A stretch of 64,000 nt of DNA. Source: Bacteroidota bacterium. GTDB taxonomy: Bacteria > Bacteroidota > Bacteroidia > UKL13-3. The position numbers and the translations under genes are program-made. Below the pieces are notes generated by a model. That model ran no database searches. It saw only the letters and a program-made list of their open reading frames with translations, and was not told where the DNA came from. How positions within the stretch are numbered: position 1 is the stretch's first letter; each line of letters begins with the position of its first letter. Shown one piece after another: positions 62,459 to 64,000 of this stretch. The stretch lies in the NCBI GenBank assembly GCA_027482225.1, contig JAIXWD010000014.1:74719-138718 (forward strand), given 5' to 3'.

Positions 62459-62551
62459 GCGAATAAACATTCGCACTATTGGTTGTATTGCACTATTAGG
62501 CGAAATAGAAGGGGTTTGAGTTTCGTATATATTTAAGTTAGTGGTAATGCT
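62459..62551 (+). other. attI-like array entry site
   Basis: gcgaat/attcgc inverted repeat, gcactatt direct repeats (62473, 62490), G^TTAGTGG at 62537 with no attC hairpin upstream. Confidence 0.55.
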
Positions 62552-63413
62552 AAAAAAGACAAACAAATAGAAACCTATGATAAGTTTACAGACAGGTAAG
62601 CCGTTAGATATTTATCTTCCAAATATTTATAGATATATGGACAAACAGTTTATTGACCTATTTTTTGAAAAAGGGATTTTAAGACTAAGTTCATTTAAAA
62701 AATTCAAAGAGTACCTAGACGAAATTCGAGGGGACAAAAATGAAGGCAATGGAAGTGTGACAGGAACCACCGACAAATCAGGTTTTCAGTTTCACGTTAT
62801 GTCAAATGTAGGAAGTGACGCATATATTCTTTGCGGAAGTATTATTGACTCTGATTCTATAAGGAAAACCTTCGAAACGGACACTTGCTTTAGAATTGTA
62901 AAACCACTTGACTTTTCAGTTGCAGTTTCTAATGCAATTTTAGGCTTCAAGCAATCTTTTCAAGGGTTTTGTAATTATAGAGAACATAGAATGATTAAAA
63001 AATTGATTCCGGGTATGGACATAAATGACTTCACGGGGCCAGAAGGAACAATTATTATTGGCGGACAAAAAGGGATTGAAAGAACAGACCAGATTTTAGG
63101 TAATGGTATTGACCTAATGTTTTTAAAAGAGAAAAAGTATCAAGACCAATGTGAATATCGTTTTGTTTGGACAATTAACTCTCAATTTTATTCAATGTCT
63201 GACTTTATTGATATTGAATGTAAAGAAGCAGTACAATTTTGTGAGAGAGTAGAACAAGATTAATATGGCTAAAAAAGAAGCACATACCACTAACAGCACC
63301 TACACGCAAGGCGGGGTTTCATCTCCGCTTGACAGTTTTGAGGTAATAGAAAGTTCAGTTATCCGAACAAACTTTAGTGCTAAAAAGCCCGCCCTGCGTG
63401 TAGCTGCAAACCG
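62538..63413 (+). mobile_element. Integron-like gene cassette 1
   Basis: Start G^TTAGTGGTAATGCT is complementary to its own end AGCACATACCACTAAC; single ORF then hairpin. Confidence 0.8.
62577..63263 (+). CDS. Hypothetical cassette protein, possibly DUF2971/ART-like fold
   Basis: YRY, LCGS, K..KY..QCEYR motif pattern (weak, by eye). Confidence 0.6.
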   Translation: MISLQTGKPLDIYLPNIYRYMDKQFIDLFFEKGILRLSSFKKFKEYLDEIRGDKNEGNGSVTGTTDKSGFQFHVMSNVGSDAYILCGSIIDSDSIRKTFETDTCFRIVKPLDFSVAVSNAILGFKQSFQGFCNYREHRMIKKLIPGMDINDFTGPEGTIIIGGQKGIERTDQILGNGIDLMFLKEKKYQDQCEYRFVWTINSQFYSMSDFIDIECKEAVQFCERVEQD

Positions 63414-63419
63414 TTATGC
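63288..63419 (+). repeat. attC-like recombination site (intact)
   Basis: CACTAAC...GTTATGC, 132 bp; arms 63296-63319 and 63384-63407 pair at 21 of 24 positions. Confidence 0.85.
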
Positions 63420-63455
63420 CTTATGCGTATACAGAGACAAATAAAACTATAAACT

Positions 63456-63752
63456 TTGACAGCAGTAGCAGGAATTTTAAATAAACAAGGCGTTGCAATT
63501 GCAGCTGATAGCGCAGTAACTGTTAATGGACCAAATCACAGAAAGGTATACAATTCAGCAAATAAAATTTTCACCCTTTCTAAATATCATCCTGTTGGCA
63601 TAGCAATATACAATAGTGCCCAAATTATGGGAATACCTTGGGAAATTTTAATAAAAGAATACCGAAAAAAATTAGGAGATAGAAGCTTTGAGAAATTATC
63701 GGATTACAAAACAGACTTTTTTTCTTGGCTTGAGTTCAATAAATATTTATAA
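63456..63752 (+). CDS. Ntn-hydrolase/proteasome-beta-like N-terminal fragment, probably truncated
   Basis: M-T-x-x-x-G..VAIAADSAVT..NKIF; only 98 aa. Confidence 0.55.
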   Translation: MTAVAGILNKQGVAIAADSAVTVNGPNHRKVYNSANKIFTLSKYHPVGIAIYNSAQIMGIPWEILIKEYRKKLGDRSFEKLSDYKTDFFSWLEFNKYL

Positions 63753-63764
63753 ATTTGAAACATA

Positions 63765-63986
63765 ATGAATTCATTTAAATTTAATTTCCCAACTTTTGAT
63801 ACAGAGGAATTTAATGAAATTATTCTTGAAGTTCCTTTAATCGCAATTGATGAAAATCAAAATACAAAGGTTTCAGATGACAGACTAATGTCCGCTTCAG
63901 TGAACGAAATGGCGACACTAATTGTTTCTGAAATGATGGCGACAGTTAAACAAGATCTTTCATTTATCAATCGCACGAAGGCATAA
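63765..63986 (+). CDS. Small hypothetical cassette ORF; stop codon lies inside the ..TAAC box
   Basis: gcaTAAc at 63981-63987. Confidence 0.45.
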   Translation: MNSFKFNFPTFDTEEFNEIILEVPLIAIDENQNTKVSDDRLMSASVNEMATLIVSEMMATVKQDLSFINRTKA

Positions 63987-64000
63987 CAAGACCTACCCAA
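63981..64000 (+). repeat. Start of the next attC-like site
   Basis: GCATAAC-AAGAC-CTACCCAA vs CACTAAC-AGCAC-CTACACGC at 63288. Confidence 0.75.

Larger units (their letters stand above)
63414..64000 (+). mobile_element. Integron-like gene cassette 2 (runs off the window)
   Basis: Start G^TTATGCCTTATGCG is complementary to CGCACGAAGGCATAAC at 63972-63987. Confidence 0.8.

Overview
AT-rich Bacteroidota chromosome segment, identified by T9SS C-terminal sorting domains, gldE/gldD, TAnnTTTG -7 promoters and the rne-HU-mutY-ssb-gldE-gldD synteny. Most of it is housekeeping genes (kbl, prmA, ftsH, recF, pdhA, ribH, purN, rlmD, aroQ, xerD, gcvT, rne, mutY, ssb), several large T9SS-secreted proteins, a TonB-dependent receptor and one tRNA(CAT). 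The main signal is an integron-like gene-cassette system with no integrase gene beside it. At 62537-64000 each cassette begins with a G^TT site that is the reverse complement of the ..AAC motif at its own end, and cassettes are separated by a ~130-bp imperfect hairpin of non-canonical attC geometry. A second, decayed array of the same repeat family sits after ftsH (~31320-35310). Other findings: an 11-bp-period TTAAC array at the same distance from the -7 box of three genes (PhoB/OmpR-like regulon), a TBDR next to a secreted protein with a duplicated partner domain, mosaic REP-like dispersed repeats, a hairpin-interrupted copy of the tRNA 3' part, and an unannotated 29-aa bS22-like gene. All calls are by eye; no database searches were run.
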